A stretch of DNA of 64,000 bases from Flavobacteriales bacterium (GTDB lineage Bacteria > Bacteroidota > Bacteroidia > Flavobacteriales_F > PHOS-HE28): contig JADJVC010000001.1 of the NCBI GenBank assembly GCA_016710685.1, positions 72,948 through 136,947 of the forward strand, given 5' to 3'. Of the stretch, positions 51,975 to 62,448 are shown in pieces. Numbering within the stretch: position 1 is the first letter of the stretch; each line of letters opens with the position of its first letter. The notes below the pieces were generated by a model, which saw only the letters and a program-made list of their open reading frames with translations, was not told the origin of the DNA and searched no databases. The translations under genes were made by a program, and so were the position numbers.

Positions 51975-52105
51975 CCTGTATGCTTGCGGCACGCGGGCTC
52001 GGCTTTTTGCCGAGTGGACTCAGCTTAGGGCTTCCAGCATGCCTCCGGCACGCAGGCCCGCTTTTACGCACGCACCCGCTCGGGTTTTTCCCGAGTGGGC
52101 TCAGC
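51975..52105. repeat. two tandem ~65-bp hairpin-containing repeat units
   Basis: CGGCACGC(G/A)GGC..CTCGG(C/G)TTTTT(G/C)CCGAGTGG(A/G)CTCAGC(T/G)TAGGGC(T/C)TCC repeated. Confidence 0.6.
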
Positions 52106-52216
52106 GTAGGGCCTCCGGCCCGTCTCAACTGCATCTTTTTCATTTCCAAACAACTGTCACCTTTCCCGGTTGATACATTTGCGCCCCTAAATTCCTTTTC
52201 AGGAAAACGAACACCC

Positions 52217-53209
52217 ATGACTTTTAACCCCATTGACGCTTGGCTGCAGATGAAAGAGCAGCTGCCCCCGTTGGCCATCGAGGGCATCGGCATCAAGTAC
52301 GTGTATCCCATTTTCCTTGGTCTCTTGCTGTTGGAATACTTCAACGCCAAGGACCTTTACAACATCAAGGAAACGTGGGCCAGTTTCGTGATCTTGGTAG
52401 GTGCCACGGTGATCCGGGTGCTCACGAACGTCTTCGAGATCACGCTCTATTTCTTCCTCTTCCACTTGGCTGAGCCGTTGCGTGAACAATACTTGGGCTA
52501 CAGCACGTTGGGCTTTGCTTGGTACGTCTGGATCATTTGCCTGTTCGCGGATGACCACAACTTCTACTGGCACCACCGGCTTAGCCACAACATCCGGGTG
52601 CTCTGGGCGGCACACTTGCCGCACCATTCTGCGAAGACCTTCAACCTCACGGTAAGCATCCGCAACGGTTGGTTCATCACCTTGTTCAAGCCAATTTACT
52701 GGCTGTGGTTGCCACTATTGGGCTTTGAGCCGATCATGATCGCCACCGTCCTCATCGTCAATTCCTTTTACCAGTTCTTTTTGCACTCGCAATTGGTTCC
52801 GTCGCTGCCACTTTACGAGCGGATTTTCAACACGCCCTACATCCACACCGTACACCACAGCAGCAACACGGAATACTTGGATAAGAACCACGGCGGCATC
52901 TTCAGCTTCTGGGACCGCATTTATGGCACTTGGCAAGCACCGATCAAAGGGTTGAAACCCAAGTACGGCATCAGCCACGATCCCGGCACGGACAACCCCA
53001 TAACCCACAACCTATTCGAGTTCCAAGAGATCTGGAAGGACGTGAAGAAGGCCCCCGGCTTGAGGAATAAGCTCATGTACATCTTCGGCCCTCCCGGCTG
53101 GAGCCACGATGGCAGCAGCATGACCAGCAAGCAGCTACAGAAGGAGCTGGCAGCGGCCAAGGCCGCGGGAACTGCAGTGCCTGAGCACACGTTTATCCGT
53201 TCGAATTGA
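52217..53209 (+). CDS. sterol desaturase / fatty acid hydroxylase superfamily protein
   Basis: His boxes HHRLSH, HLPHHS, HTVHH in a membrane protein. Confidence 0.75.
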   Translation: MTFNPIDAWLQMKEQLPPLAIEGIGIKYVYPIFLGLLLLEYFNAKDLYNIKETWASFVILVGATVIRVLTNVFEITLYFFLFHLAEPLREQYLGYSTLGFAWYVWIICLFADDHNFYWHHRLSHNIRVLWAAHLPHHSAKTFNLTVSIRNGWFITLFKPIYWLWLPLLGFEPIMIATVLIVNSFYQFFLHSQLVPSLPLYERIFNTPYIHTVHHSSNTEYLDKNHGGIFSFWDRIYGTWQAPIKGLKPKYGISHDPGTDNPITHNLFEFQEIWKDVKKAPGLRNKLMYIFGPPGWSHDGSSMTSKQLQKELAAAKAAGTAVPEHTFIRSN

Positions 53210-53422
53210 GCGGGCATTAGGCGATAAGGCGCTGATTACGGCTTGTCTTAAGTCGGAATTTAAGATTCTGAGGGTAGTGGAGAAAAACCGCATGGAGATG
53301 TGACGGGCCGCTTTACCCTGCGCGATCTGTTGATGATTGGGATACGGCAACCGCAGTCCCGACCTTTGTACCCTCGCCTCCGCAGAATAGAACATCTCAT
53401 CAACCGCTACGGCGGAACAAGC

Positions 53423-54469
53423 ATGTCCCAAACAAAAGCCTACGCCGCAAAAAGCGCCACTTCAGACCTTGGACCGATCACCATTGAGCGCCGCGCCCCC
53501 GGCCCGCACGATGTCGCCATTGACATTGCTTTTTGTGGTGTGTGCCACTCCGATGTGCATTCGGCCCGTAACGAATGGGGCGGCACGCGCTATCCGATCG
53601 TTCCCGGACACGAAATTGTGGGCACGGTTACAGCTGTGGGCAGCGAAGTTTCTCGCTGGAAGGTGGGCCAACAGGTAGGCGTGGGCTGCATGGTGAACAG
53701 CTGCCGGACCTGTGCTTCCTGCATAGAACACGAAGAGCAATTCTGCGAGAATGGCATGACGGGCACCTACAATTCCGTAGACCGCTACGGTGACGGAACG
53801 GTGACCAACGGAGGCTATTCAACCGGCATCACCGTGAATGAAGATTTCGTTTTGCGCATTCCCGAAGGCATGCCGCTGGACCGTACCGCACCGCTGTTAT
53901 GCGCGGGCATCACCACCTATTCGCCCTTGCACCGTTTCGGGGTGAAAGCAGGCGATAAGGTGGGCATTGTGGGCCTCGGTGGCTTGGGCCACATGAGCGT
54001 GAAGATCGCCAAGGCCATGGGCGCGCACGTCACCATGATCAGCCATTCCGCAAGCAAGCAGGCCGATGCCGAACGTTTGGGCGCCGATGATTTCCTGCTC
54101 TCAAAGGATGCTGATGCCTTCAAGAAGAACGCGAAACGTTTCGACTTCATCCTCGACACCGTTTCCGCGCCGCATGACTACAACGCTTACCTCGGTATGC
54201 TGCGCCGGGGCGGCACCATGGTGCTGGTAGGCATGCCCGATGCATCACCCATCCATGCCGGGTCTTTGGTGCTCCAACGCCGTCAACTGGCCGGTTCGCT
54301 TATCGGGGGCATTAAGGAAACTCAGGAAATGCTGGATTTCTGCGCCAAGCACAAGGTGCTCAGCGACATTGAGCTGATCCCCATGGACCAGATCAACACG
54401 GCTTACGAGCGCATGCTGAAAAGCGATGTGCGCTACCGGTTTGTGATTGATATGAAGTCGTTGGGGTAG
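53423..54469 (+). CDS. NAD(P)-dependent Zn alcohol dehydrogenase (cinnamyl-ADH/YahK-like)
   Basis: GVCHSD..PGHE catalytic Zn site, CxxCxxC structural Zn site, GLGGLGH cofactor motif. Confidence 0.85.
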   Translation: MSQTKAYAAKSATSDLGPITIERRAPGPHDVAIDIAFCGVCHSDVHSARNEWGGTRYPIVPGHEIVGTVTAVGSEVSRWKVGQQVGVGCMVNSCRTCASCIEHEEQFCENGMTGTYNSVDRYGDGTVTNGGYSTGITVNEDFVLRIPEGMPLDRTAPLLCAGITTYSPLHRFGVKAGDKVGIVGLGGLGHMSVKIAKAMGAHVTMISHSASKQADAERLGADDFLLSKDADAFKKNAKRFDFILDTVSAPHDYNAYLGMLRRGGTMVLVGMPDASPIHAGSLVLQRRQLAGSLIGGIKETQEMLDFCAKHKVLSDIELIPMDQINTAYERMLKSDVRYRFVIDMKSLG

Positions 54470-54475
54470 GGGGGA

Positions 54476-56929
54476 TTAAACGCTCACCTTCACTTTTCTC
54501 CCAGCGATCTTCTTCTCCACCTCCGCAATAGCCCGCTTCGTCTTCAACAAACTGTCCGGCGTTACGCTGATGGAGTCGATGCCCAGTTCCACCAAGAACT
54601 GCGCGAAGTCTGGAAAGTCGCTGGGACCTTGGCCGCAAATGCCCACTTTAGTACCGGTGCGCTTGGCGGTTTCGATCAGCATTTTCAGCATGCGCTTTAC
54701 CGCCGGGTTGCGTTCGTCGTAAAGGTGTGATACCAATGCGCTGTCGCGGTCCAGGCCCAGTGTGAGCTGGGTAAGGTCGTTACTGCCGATGGAGAAGCCA
54801 TCGATGTGTGCGCTGAATTCCTCGGCCATGATGATATTGCTGGGGATCTCCGCCATCAGGAAGAGCTCAAGGCCCTCTTTGCCGCGCTCCAGACCGTATT
54901 CCTTCATTACTGCCGTAACGCTCTGCAGCTCTTCCACCGTGCGGCAGAAAGGCACCATTACCACAACGTTCTTCAGGCCCATCTTTTCACGTACACGGCG
55001 AATGGCCTTGCATTCCAGCCCGAATGCTTCTTTGTACGTATCGCTGTAGTAGCGCGATGCGCCGCGCCAGCCGATCATGGGGTTTTCTTCTTCCGGCTCA
55101 AAGTGTTCGCCGCCCAAGAGGTTCTTGTATTCGTTGCTCTTGAAATCGCTGAAGCGCACGATAACCTTGTTGGGGTAGAAGGCCGCAGCGATCTTGGCAA
55201 TGCCGTAGCTGAGGCGCTTGATGAAGAAGGTCTCTTCGTCCTGATAGCCGTTGATCAAGTAACTGATCTTGCCGCTGAGCGCCACATCGCCAAGCTCTTT
55301 GTGCTGGAGCAGGGCCAGCGGGTGCGCTTGAATGTAGTTGTTGATGATGAACTCCTCACGCGCCAAGCCTACGCCGGCGTTGGGAAGGCCCGCGAACTTG
55401 AAGGCCAAGTCCGGGCTGGCCACGTTCAGCATGATCGGCGTTTTAGTGGTCGGGATGTCGGACAACAGCGTTTCTTCCACCGTGGAAGGAATGAGGCCGT
55501 GGTAGATGATGCCGACGTCGCCTTCGCAGCAGCTCGCTGTCACTTCCATGCCGGTATCCAGCAAGTCCGTGGCATTGTTGCAACCTACAATGGCGGGCAC
55601 GCCCATTTCACGTGCTACAATGGCCGCATGGCACGTACGTCCGCCTTTGTTGGTGATGATTGCGCTGGCCTTTTTCATGATCGGCTCCCAATCCGGGTCG
55701 GTCATGTCGGTTACCAGCACGTCGCCTTGCTGAAAATCTTTGCCGTCGCCATCGCCACCGCGACCGTCCAAACTGTACAGAATGCGGACCCGACCACTGC
55801 CTACGCGGTCGCCAATGGCGATGCCGCGCGTTACTTCCTTGACGCCCTCGGGCTTGTCGATCTTGTATTCCACCACGCGGTCGCTTGCCTTGTTGCTGTG
55901 GATGGTTTCCGGGCGCGCCTGTACAATGAAGAGCTCCTTCGTCAATCCGTCCACGGCCCATTCCACGTCCATAGGGCACCAATGGCCCTTGAGGTCGCTG
56001 TAGTATTTTTCAATGGCGGCCACGCTGCGCGCCACTTCCAACGCCTGCTCATCGGTAATGCAGAAGCGGTTGCGCTGTGCACGTTCCACGGGAATGGTGA
56101 GCGTGGGCTTGCCCGGCTCCACTCCGTAGACCATTTTGCGGTCCTTGTGGCCGATCTTTTTCTCAATAATGCTACTGAAGCCTTCCGCCAACGTGGGCTT
56201 GAAGACGATCCATTCATCCGGATTTACAGCACCCTGTACCACCATTTCCCCCAAGCCGTAGCTGCCGTTGATCAGCACCACGTCCTTGAATCCGCTCTCG
56301 GTGTCGAGGCTGAAGGCCACGCCGCTGCTGCCCACATCGGAGCGCACCATTTTCTGGATGCCCACGCTGAGGCCCACCTGAAAATGGTCGTAGCCTAAGC
56401 TTTCGCGGTACACGATGGCACGGTCGGTGAAGAGCGATGCGAAACAGTTGCGCACCGCGCTGATGAGGTCTTGGTGGCCACGGATGTTGAGGTAGGTCTC
56501 TTGCTGCCCCGCGAATGAAGCATCCGGAAGGTCTTCCGCGGTGGCGCTGGAACGCACGGCCACGTCGGTGGCTTCCTGCCCGTATTTCAGCGACATTTCA
56601 TCATAGCGGGCCATGATCCCTTTCCAGATCTCCTCCGGGAATTTCCCGTTCTTGATCAGTGTACGGACCGCCAATCCCGTGCGGCGGATGTTCTCCACGT
56701 CGTCCACGTCCAAGCCCGCCACGATGTCCCGGATCTTCTGGTCCAGCACGTTGTGCGCGATGAAAGCTTCGTAACTGGCCACTGTTACCACAAAACCGCC
56801 GGGTACTTGCACGCCGAGCTTCCCGAGGTTTTGGATCATCTCCCCGAGGCTGGCGTTTTTGCCACCCACAGTGGGGATGTCGCTCAATTCAACTTCATGG
56901 AGCCACTTGAGGTAGGGTGCTTTGGCCAT
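54476..56929 (-). CDS. ppsA: phosphoenolpyruvate synthase
   Basis: Collinear with PpsA (VGGKNASLGEM, AVRSSATAEDLPDASFAGQQETYLN, phosphohistidine and PEP-utilising domains); the upstream in-frame extension to 57157 is unlikely. Confidence 0.9.
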   Translation of the reverse strand: MAKAPYLKWLHEVELSDIPTVGGKNASLGEMIQNLGKLGVQVPGGFVVTVASYEAFIAHNVLDQKIRDIVAGLDVDDVENIRRTGLAVRTLIKNGKFPEEIWKGIMARYDEMSLKYGQEATDVAVRSSATAEDLPDASFAGQQETYLNIRGHQDLISAVRNCFASLFTDRAIVYRESLGYDHFQVGLSVGIQKMVRSDVGSSGVAFSLDTESGFKDVVLINGSYGLGEMVVQGAVNPDEWIVFKPTLAEGFSSIIEKKIGHKDRKMVYGVEPGKPTLTIPVERAQRNRFCITDEQALEVARSVAAIEKYYSDLKGHWCPMDVEWAVDGLTKELFIVQARPETIHSNKASDRVVEYKIDKPEGVKEVTRGIAIGDRVGSGRVRILYSLDGRGGDGDGKDFQQGDVLVTDMTDPDWEPIMKKASAIITNKGGRTCHAAIVAREMGVPAIVGCNNATDLLDTGMEVTASCCEGDVGIIYHGLIPSTVEETLLSDIPTTKTPIMLNVASPDLAFKFAGLPNAGVGLAREEFIINNYIQAHPLALLQHKELGDVALSGKISYLINGYQDEETFFIKRLSYGIAKIAAAFYPNKVIVRFSDFKSNEYKNLLGGEHFEPEEENPMIGWRGASRYYSDTYKEAFGLECKAIRRVREKMGLKNVVVMVPFCRTVEELQSVTAVMKEYGLERGKEGLELFLMAEIPSNIIMAEEFSAHIDGFSIGSNDLTQLTLGLDRDSALVSHLYDERNPAVKRMLKMLIETAKRTGTKVGICGQGPSDFPDFAQFLVELGIDSISVTPDSLLKTKRAIAEVEKKIAGRKVKVSV

Positions 56930-57153
56930 TTTGTTCTCGATTTGCTTGATGGATCGTGGGGCTGCTTGAACGGAAAGTCCGGCGCAAAGGTTGAAATTCC
57001 TTTGGAAAGAATTTTGGCTGTTCTTACGCTGGGGATCCGATCGCGCGGCCCGTAAGCGAATGCCGTGCCACGGTAGGCTGGTGCATCCGCACCGTAAAAC
57101 AACAAGGGCACGGTGTACGCCGTGCCCTCGGGGGAAATTCAAGAAGGAATTTA

Positions 57154-57561
57154 TCACTGCCGGATGAAACGTGAGCGTTGCTGGCGCCCCGTGCGGTCCA
57201 CCACATCTACGATGTACGTGCCCACCCGACCAATGTCGAAGGTGAGGCGCTTGGCACCATTGAGGGCGTTATCGCGCAGGATCAAGCGGCCATTCAGGTC
57301 CCGCACTTCGATAGTCAGCATGCCGTCCGGGCAATCCGCCGTTACGGCGCCGGTAGTGGGTACGGGGTACATGCGCAAGCTGGTGCTGCCCGTTTGCGAG
57401 GAGATCAATGTGGCCATTTCACCCGGTGCTTCCAGGGCCGCTTCAACGGAAGGGGCCGTAGCATTGCGCTCCAAGGCAGGCTGCTGTGTTTCAATGTTCT
57501 GCTGTGCCTGTGCGGTGGCCGTGAATAGTAAGGCGGTTGCGAAGAGTAGGGTTGCTTTCAT
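57154..57561 (-). CDS. small secreted protein with T9SS C-terminal sorting domain
   Basis: Signal peptide (MKATLLFATALLFTATAQA) plus CTD (MYPVPTTGAVT..GTYIVDVV). Confidence 0.55.
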   Translation of the reverse strand: MKATLLFATALLFTATAQAQQNIETQQPALERNATAPSVEAALEAPGEMATLISSQTGSTSLRMYPVPTTGAVTADCPDGMLTIEVRDLNGRLILRDNALNGAKRLTFDIGRVGTYIVDVVDRTGRQQRSRFIRQ

Positions 57562-57653
57562 GGGGGAGTGTTCTTGGTTTAGCCATGCTACGTAGAGGCC
57601 GGGAAAAAGGTTTCGCCCTTCCGAATGACTATCTTTCACGAAACCCGATCGAC

Positions 57654-57872
57654 ATGACAACCAAACGGGCCCGTATCCGCAAGGGCAACAAGAAACCCGC
57701 CACGAAGGCAAGTGCCACAGCCAACACCCGTGCGAAGCGCAAAGCCGTGACCGCAGCGCGAATACAAGCCGAAGCTCGCAAAGCAGCCGCGTTGGTGAAG
57801 GCCGCCGCCAAACCTTCAACCTCAACCAAAGTGGCAAAGAAGAAAACGGCAGCGAAGGCAATTGCAAAGTAG
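57654..57872 (+). CDS. histone H1-like Lys/Ala-rich DNA-binding protein
   Basis: 72 aa, very basic, KKxAxK repeats. Confidence 0.55.
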   Translation: MTTKRARIRKGNKKPATKASATANTRAKRKAVTAARIQAEARKAAALVKAAAKPSTSTKVAKKKTAAKAIAK

Positions 57873-57924
57873 CAACCAGTGTTGGCTTGGCCGCCAAGGC
57901 GAACGGGGGGCCTCCTGGCTGTTA

Positions 57925-58281
57925 TTAGGCCGGCTTGAACAACTCCGGCGTGGGATTCTTCAGCACCACATAGGCACGCCGCCATGGGTCATCGCCCAGC
58001 ATGCGCCATTTGTGAGCGGTGCCCGAGGTGTCCAAGGCCAGCAACACATCGCCGGGCCGAAGGATGAAGGTGCTGCCGTCGTGCATGGTGAATTCCAGCG
58101 TGCCGCATAGTGTGATCACGTACTGCGCTTCCGGTGCCGTATGCCAGTCGTAGCTGCCATGCGCCGGGGTTTCCTTGAAGTGGATGGAGACCACCTTTTC
58201 CGTTGCCAGTTCCTTTACCGTGCCTTCCTCAAAATGGGAATTGCCGTCCGCACCGGTGTATAGCTTGATCGCCTTTATCAT
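57925..58281 (-). CDS. cupin domain protein
   Basis: Small beta-barrel cupin-like sequence (GDVLLALD, HKWRMLGD). Confidence 0.5.
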   Translation of the reverse strand: MIKAIKLYTGADGNSHFEEGTVKELATEKVVSIHFKETPAHGSYDWHTAPEAQYVITLCGTLEFTMHDGSTFILRPGDVLLALDTSGTAHKWRMLGDDPWRRAYVVLKNPTPELFKPA

Positions 58282-58355
58282 GCTGCAAAGTTCGGTTGCG
58301 AAATCAACGGCCTGCCGAAAACCAACAACCAACCGCCTGCAGGGCCGTATCAGGT

Positions 58356-59450
58356 ATGTCCACCAAAGTCCTCAAGCCCATGCGCTCCAGCGCCCATATC
58401 TTTCGCACACCTACCGTGGAAATTCATAGCGACAACCATATCGCACTAAAGAAACCGAATTACCCGGTGGTGGATGGCCTTGCGCGCTATTTGGCCAAAC
58501 ATGGCCGAAATACGAAGATCCCCATTGCCTACGAGGACCTTTTGCGCCACGATGGCCTGATGGCCCAGACCGACCCGGACGGTAAGGAAACGCTGTGGAC
58601 TACCGTGATGCTTCGGCCTTCGGAAATGCAGGATACGCACGACCGTCTTGTGGAACTGTATCAAGTGTTGATCGGATATGGCCGCACTTTACCTTACCTG
58701 CGCGTGGCCAGCATCGATTTCTGCGGATATGGCAACAGCCAGCCGTTCCGCATCAAGATCCTCAATCAGATCAACGACAACCACGACTACTACTACATTA
58801 AAAAAGCTGATGCCAGCCGCGTGTACGGTCTGGAACTGGAGCACCTGCTCAGCCCTAACAAGATCAATTACATCTGCACCGGCACCACTTTGGTGGAGGA
58901 GCACATCATAGGGGTGCCCGGCGACGATTTCATGAAGGACCCACAGAAATACGGTGGCAATTTCAACCCCGTTCGTCTGTGTAAAGAATTCGTGAAGTTC
59001 AACGAACGCTGCTTCGTGCGCCTGCTCGGCGACATGCGTGCCTACAACTTCGTCGTGGACGTCACGCAGGATTTCGACCAGGCGCAGTACCGCCTACGCA
59101 GCATCGATTTTGACCAGCAGAGCTTCGAGGGCCGGCACCGCATTTACCTGCCGCAGTTTTACAAGGAAAACCTCGCTTTCGTGGAATATGCCGGGCAATT
59201 CATAAGCCCGGAAACTGCGGAACAGTATGCCCAAGAAGAGCGTTCCCTGTTAAGGAAACGCTACCAAGTGGCCGCCGATCAAGTAAAGGAACTACTGGAT
59301 GTAATGCGCAACGCAGAGATCAGCCTTCCGGAGCATGTGGAATTACTGCGCAACGAATTGGCCCAGTATCACAACCATCCCGCTTTCAGGAACTGCACCA
59401 CCATGGGCGATATTTTGGCCATGCAGTTGAAGGTGATGTTGGGAGTGTGA
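58356..59450 (+). CDS. hypothetical protein
   Basis: 365-aa ORF with good coding character; no recognisable domain. Confidence 0.5.
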   Translation: MSTKVLKPMRSSAHIFRTPTVEIHSDNHIALKKPNYPVVDGLARYLAKHGRNTKIPIAYEDLLRHDGLMAQTDPDGKETLWTTVMLRPSEMQDTHDRLVELYQVLIGYGRTLPYLRVASIDFCGYGNSQPFRIKILNQINDNHDYYYIKKADASRVYGLELEHLLSPNKINYICTGTTLVEEHIIGVPGDDFMKDPQKYGGNFNPVRLCKEFVKFNERCFVRLLGDMRAYNFVVDVTQDFDQAQYRLRSIDFDQQSFEGRHRIYLPQFYKENLAFVEYAGQFISPETAEQYAQEERSLLRKRYQVAADQVKELLDVMRNAEISLPEHVELLRNELAQYHNHPAFRNCTTMGDILAMQLKVMLGV

Positions 59451-59462
59451 AGCGCACCGCCC

Positions 59463-60476
59463 TCAAAGGCTCACATAAGACCGCCGCACACCGTTGCGCT
59501 TGAACTTGTAGCTGATCTCGAAGGTGAAATAGCTGAACGAGTCCGGCAGCCCGGGATTGCCCCGTCGGCTTGTGAACTTGCCTGCCTTTCCGTTGGAACC
59601 CCAACCAGTGGGGTCGCTGATGTAGCGCGCCAAATATTGTTGCGTGCTATCCGCATACATTTTACCGATTTCGTCATAAGTAGCGTAGCGGTCGCTCACT
59701 CCGTCCAACAGGTCGGTGAAGAACATGTAGTAGCTGAATTCCGCACCCACGGCCAATTCCCGCGTTACCATGTAGCGGATGCCGAAGCCCACCGGGATGC
59801 CCACATGCCAAGGGCTGGGCTTGTCCAGCACTTTCGCTTCCTGACCTAAGCCGTTGCCTTCCGTTGCCCAATCATACAGGTCGGTCTCGTAGTTGCCGTC
59901 CTGCCCGACCACTTGGCCGCTTACATCGCCGCGCGGCTTGTCGCGCACTGTGCCATCTTCCCAGAAAAAATAGCGATTTGAAAGGTCCTGAGAACCGTTG
60001 AACAAGTCCGCCTTCGGCCTGCCGTAAAACAAGCCCACGCCGATGAAGCTGTAAGCGAAGAATTTTTGCTCGTACAAAGGCTGGAACGGCTCACGGTACA
60101 TGTTGAGCACCAAGTGCTGGCTAATGCCGAACAGGTCGTTCCGGAAGTTCAGCCCGCGCCGGTAGTTGCGGAGTTCAATACCTGATTTCCCGCCCGTGGG
60201 GTCTACTTCGTTATAACCCAACCGGTGCCAGCTCAGCCGCGTTTCCGTCGTGAGCGCGCGGGTGATGTAGCGCTTGGGATTGTTCAAGTAGTCCCTGAAG
60301 GTGATGGACATGGCCGGCCGGATCCCGTTCCACTGCACCGCTCCGTCCCAGTTGCCGAGGTCGCCGGAAAAATGGTCCCCGCCCACGGCGAGGCCTACTT
60401 CCAAATTACGTTGGGCGCTAACAGGTTGGGCGAAAACGAGCGCGGCTAAGAAAAAGTAGAGTACGGGTTTGCGCAT
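59463..60476 (-). CDS. hypothetical outer-membrane beta-barrel protein
   Basis: Signal peptide (MRKPVLYFFLAALVFAQPVSAQ); barrel-like periodicity. Confidence 0.5.
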   Translation of the reverse strand: MRKPVLYFFLAALVFAQPVSAQRNLEVGLAVGGDHFSGDLGNWDGAVQWNGIRPAMSITFRDYLNNPKRYITRALTTETRLSWHRLGYNEVDPTGGKSGIELRNYRRGLNFRNDLFGISQHLVLNMYREPFQPLYEQKFFAYSFIGVGLFYGRPKADLFNGSQDLSNRYFFWEDGTVRDKPRGDVSGQVVGQDGNYETDLYDWATEGNGLGQEAKVLDKPSPWHVGIPVGFGIRYMVTRELAVGAEFSYYMFFTDLLDGVSDRYATYDEIGKMYADSTQQYLARYISDPTGWGSNGKAGKFTSRRGNPGLPDSFSYFTFEISYKFKRNGVRRSYVSL

Positions 60477-60556
60477 GGAGACCTGTTTTTTCACAATTCG
60501 GGCAAGTAAATGTAGGACGCAAAAACCCGGCCACGGTTGCCCGCCACCGCAAGTTG

Positions 60557-61231
60557 TCAACGCGGCCCAAAAATGGACGTGCCGACTCGCACCATGGTTG
60601 AACCGGCGGCGAGCGCTTGGTCCAAGTCTCCGCTCATGCCCATGGAAAGCTCCGTGAAGTGCGCCAGAAGCGGTAATCCCAGTGCATTTACGCTGCGGTG
60701 CAACGCCGCCAAGCCGTTGTATTCAGCCTCCACTTGTGCATTGTCCTCCGTGTTGGAGGCCATGCCCATTAAGCCACAAAACCGGATATTTTTCCAGCGT
60801 TCCAAGGGCGTTTCCACCAGCAAGGGCGCAATATCCTCCGGGGAAAAGCCATGCTTGGTTTCCTCCTGGGCAATGTGGACTTGCAAGAGCACGTCGATGG
60901 TGCGCCCAGCCTGTGCAGCACGTTTGTCCAGCTCGTCCAGCAGTGCGCGGCTGTCTGCGCCATGCACCAAATGCACGAATGGCGCGAGGTATTTTACCTT
61001 GTTGCTTTGCAGGTGCCCAATGAAGTGCCAGCGAATGTCTTCCGGCAGTTGTGGCTGCTTGTCACGTAATTCCTGCGGATAGTTCTCCCCGAAATCCCGG
61101 TGGCCTAGATCGTACAGGGCTTTGATCTCCTCCACGGTGCGCTTCTTGCTCACGGCCACCAGCAGTACGCCTTGCGGCAAGGCATCCTTCACCTTATGGT
61201 AGCGCTGCGCTAAGCCAGCGGGATCCATCAA
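60557..61231 (-). CDS. yggS: YggS family pyridoxal-phosphate homeostasis protein
   Basis: AVSKKRTVEEI (PLP Lys) motif; ~224 aa. Confidence 0.8.
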   Translation of the reverse strand: MMDPAGLAQRYHKVKDALPQGVLLVAVSKKRTVEEIKALYDLGHRDFGENYPQELRDKQPQLPEDIRWHFIGHLQSNKVKYLAPFVHLVHGADSRALLDELDKRAAQAGRTIDVLLQVHIAQEETKHGFSPEDIAPLLVETPLERWKNIRFCGLMGMASNTEDNAQVEAEYNGLAALHRSVNALGLPLLAHFTELSMGMSGDLDQALAAGSTMVRVGTSIFGPR

Positions 61232-62448
61232 TTATCCTTCAAGGAATAAATGGTGAGGCCACTGCGCAACTTCGGTTCTACCCAGGTTGTCTTGGGCGGC
61301 ATCATTCCGCGTGCGTCGGCTACTGCGGCTAAGCTTTCGAAGGGAACAGCACACAGGTTGAAGGCCACATCGGCTTTGCCTGAGTCCACGAGCTTGTCCA
61401 ACGCGGCCATTGGGTCGGTGCCGGGGATGAACCGTATGCGCGGATCGGTGCGCAGGTCGGCAATGCCGAGCAGCGGACCCAGAACGGCGCTGCTGAGCAT
61501 GGAGGCATCCAACGCTTCGGTGACGTTAGCCCCGGCGGTTTTAGGCAGTTCAAGCAAGTGCCAACCGACTTGTGTGCGCACCTGGACATGGCCTGCTGGG
61601 GCGCACCGTTCCGGGCCGTTCGGCAAGGCGGTCAATCGGCCCGTCTTACCGAGTGCTTCAAGGAACGAAGCAGGGGAGTGGCCGTTCAAGCCCGAAACCA
61701 CGCGGTCGAAATTGAAGATGTGCAGTTGCGTTTGTGGCACCATGTACGCCAAGCACCAGGCCTTGGGGTCTTCGCCCTGCGCGCCGGTGGTCATGGCCAA
61801 ACGCGCGCTACTGGCACTGCGGTGGTGCCCGTCGGCGATGTAGAGCGCGTCCAATTGCTTGAAGTGCCCTACCAGAGCATCTATCTCGGAAGGGGCGTCG
61901 ACCTTCCAGAACCGGTGGCGAATCTTGTCCGTAGTGCAGAAGTCGTAGAGGGTGTTGCCTTTTGCAAGTTCAGCCAATCGCACTTCCAGATCCGGAGAGC
62001 CGGGTACCGCCAGCAGTACTGGTTCCGCGTTGATCCCGGTATGCTCCAGATACTCCGTGAATATCTCCTCCCGCGCCGTAAGTGTTTGTTCATGGACTTT
62101 TACGCGGCCTTCGTCGTAGTCGGCCACGCTTACCGCGCCGATCAAGCCCATCGATGTAAAAGTCGCACAGCTTTGTTCGTACAGGTAGAAGGCCGGTTTT
62201 TCTTCGCGCTGCAAAAATCCTTCTTGCGTAAACTCATCGAATTTCCGGCGAACGGCATCGAAATGCTCGGCCCGTGTGAGTCCCGCGCGGTCGTGGTCCG
62301 CATGCACGATGTGCAGGAAGGAGTAGGGGTTGCCCGCGAGTTTTTCGCGCAGCTGCTCGGGCGTGTACGTTAGGAAGGAGCGCGAACCCACCAAATGCGC
62401 GGTGTGCGGTGCGGGCCGCCATGCACGGAACGGCCTTACCCGGATCAT
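61228..62448 (-). CDS. DUF1015 domain-containing protein
   Basis: Family-typical N-terminus (MIRVRPFRAWRP); ~406 aa. Confidence 0.65.
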   Translation of the reverse strand: MIRVRPFRAWRPAPHTAHLVGSRSFLTYTPEQLREKLAGNPYSFLHIVHADHDRAGLTRAEHFDAVRRKFDEFTQEGFLQREEKPAFYLYEQSCATFTSMGLIGAVSVADYDEGRVKVHEQTLTAREEIFTEYLEHTGINAEPVLLAVPGSPDLEVRLAELAKGNTLYDFCTTDKIRHRFWKVDAPSEIDALVGHFKQLDALYIADGHHRSASSARLAMTTGAQGEDPKAWCLAYMVPQTQLHIFNFDRVVSGLNGHSPASFLEALGKTGRLTALPNGPERCAPAGHVQVRTQVGWHLLELPKTAGANVTEALDASMLSSAVLGPLLGIADLRTDPRIRFIPGTDPMAALDKLVDSGKADVAFNLCAVPFESLAAVADARGMMPPKTTWVEPKLRSGLTIYSLKDN

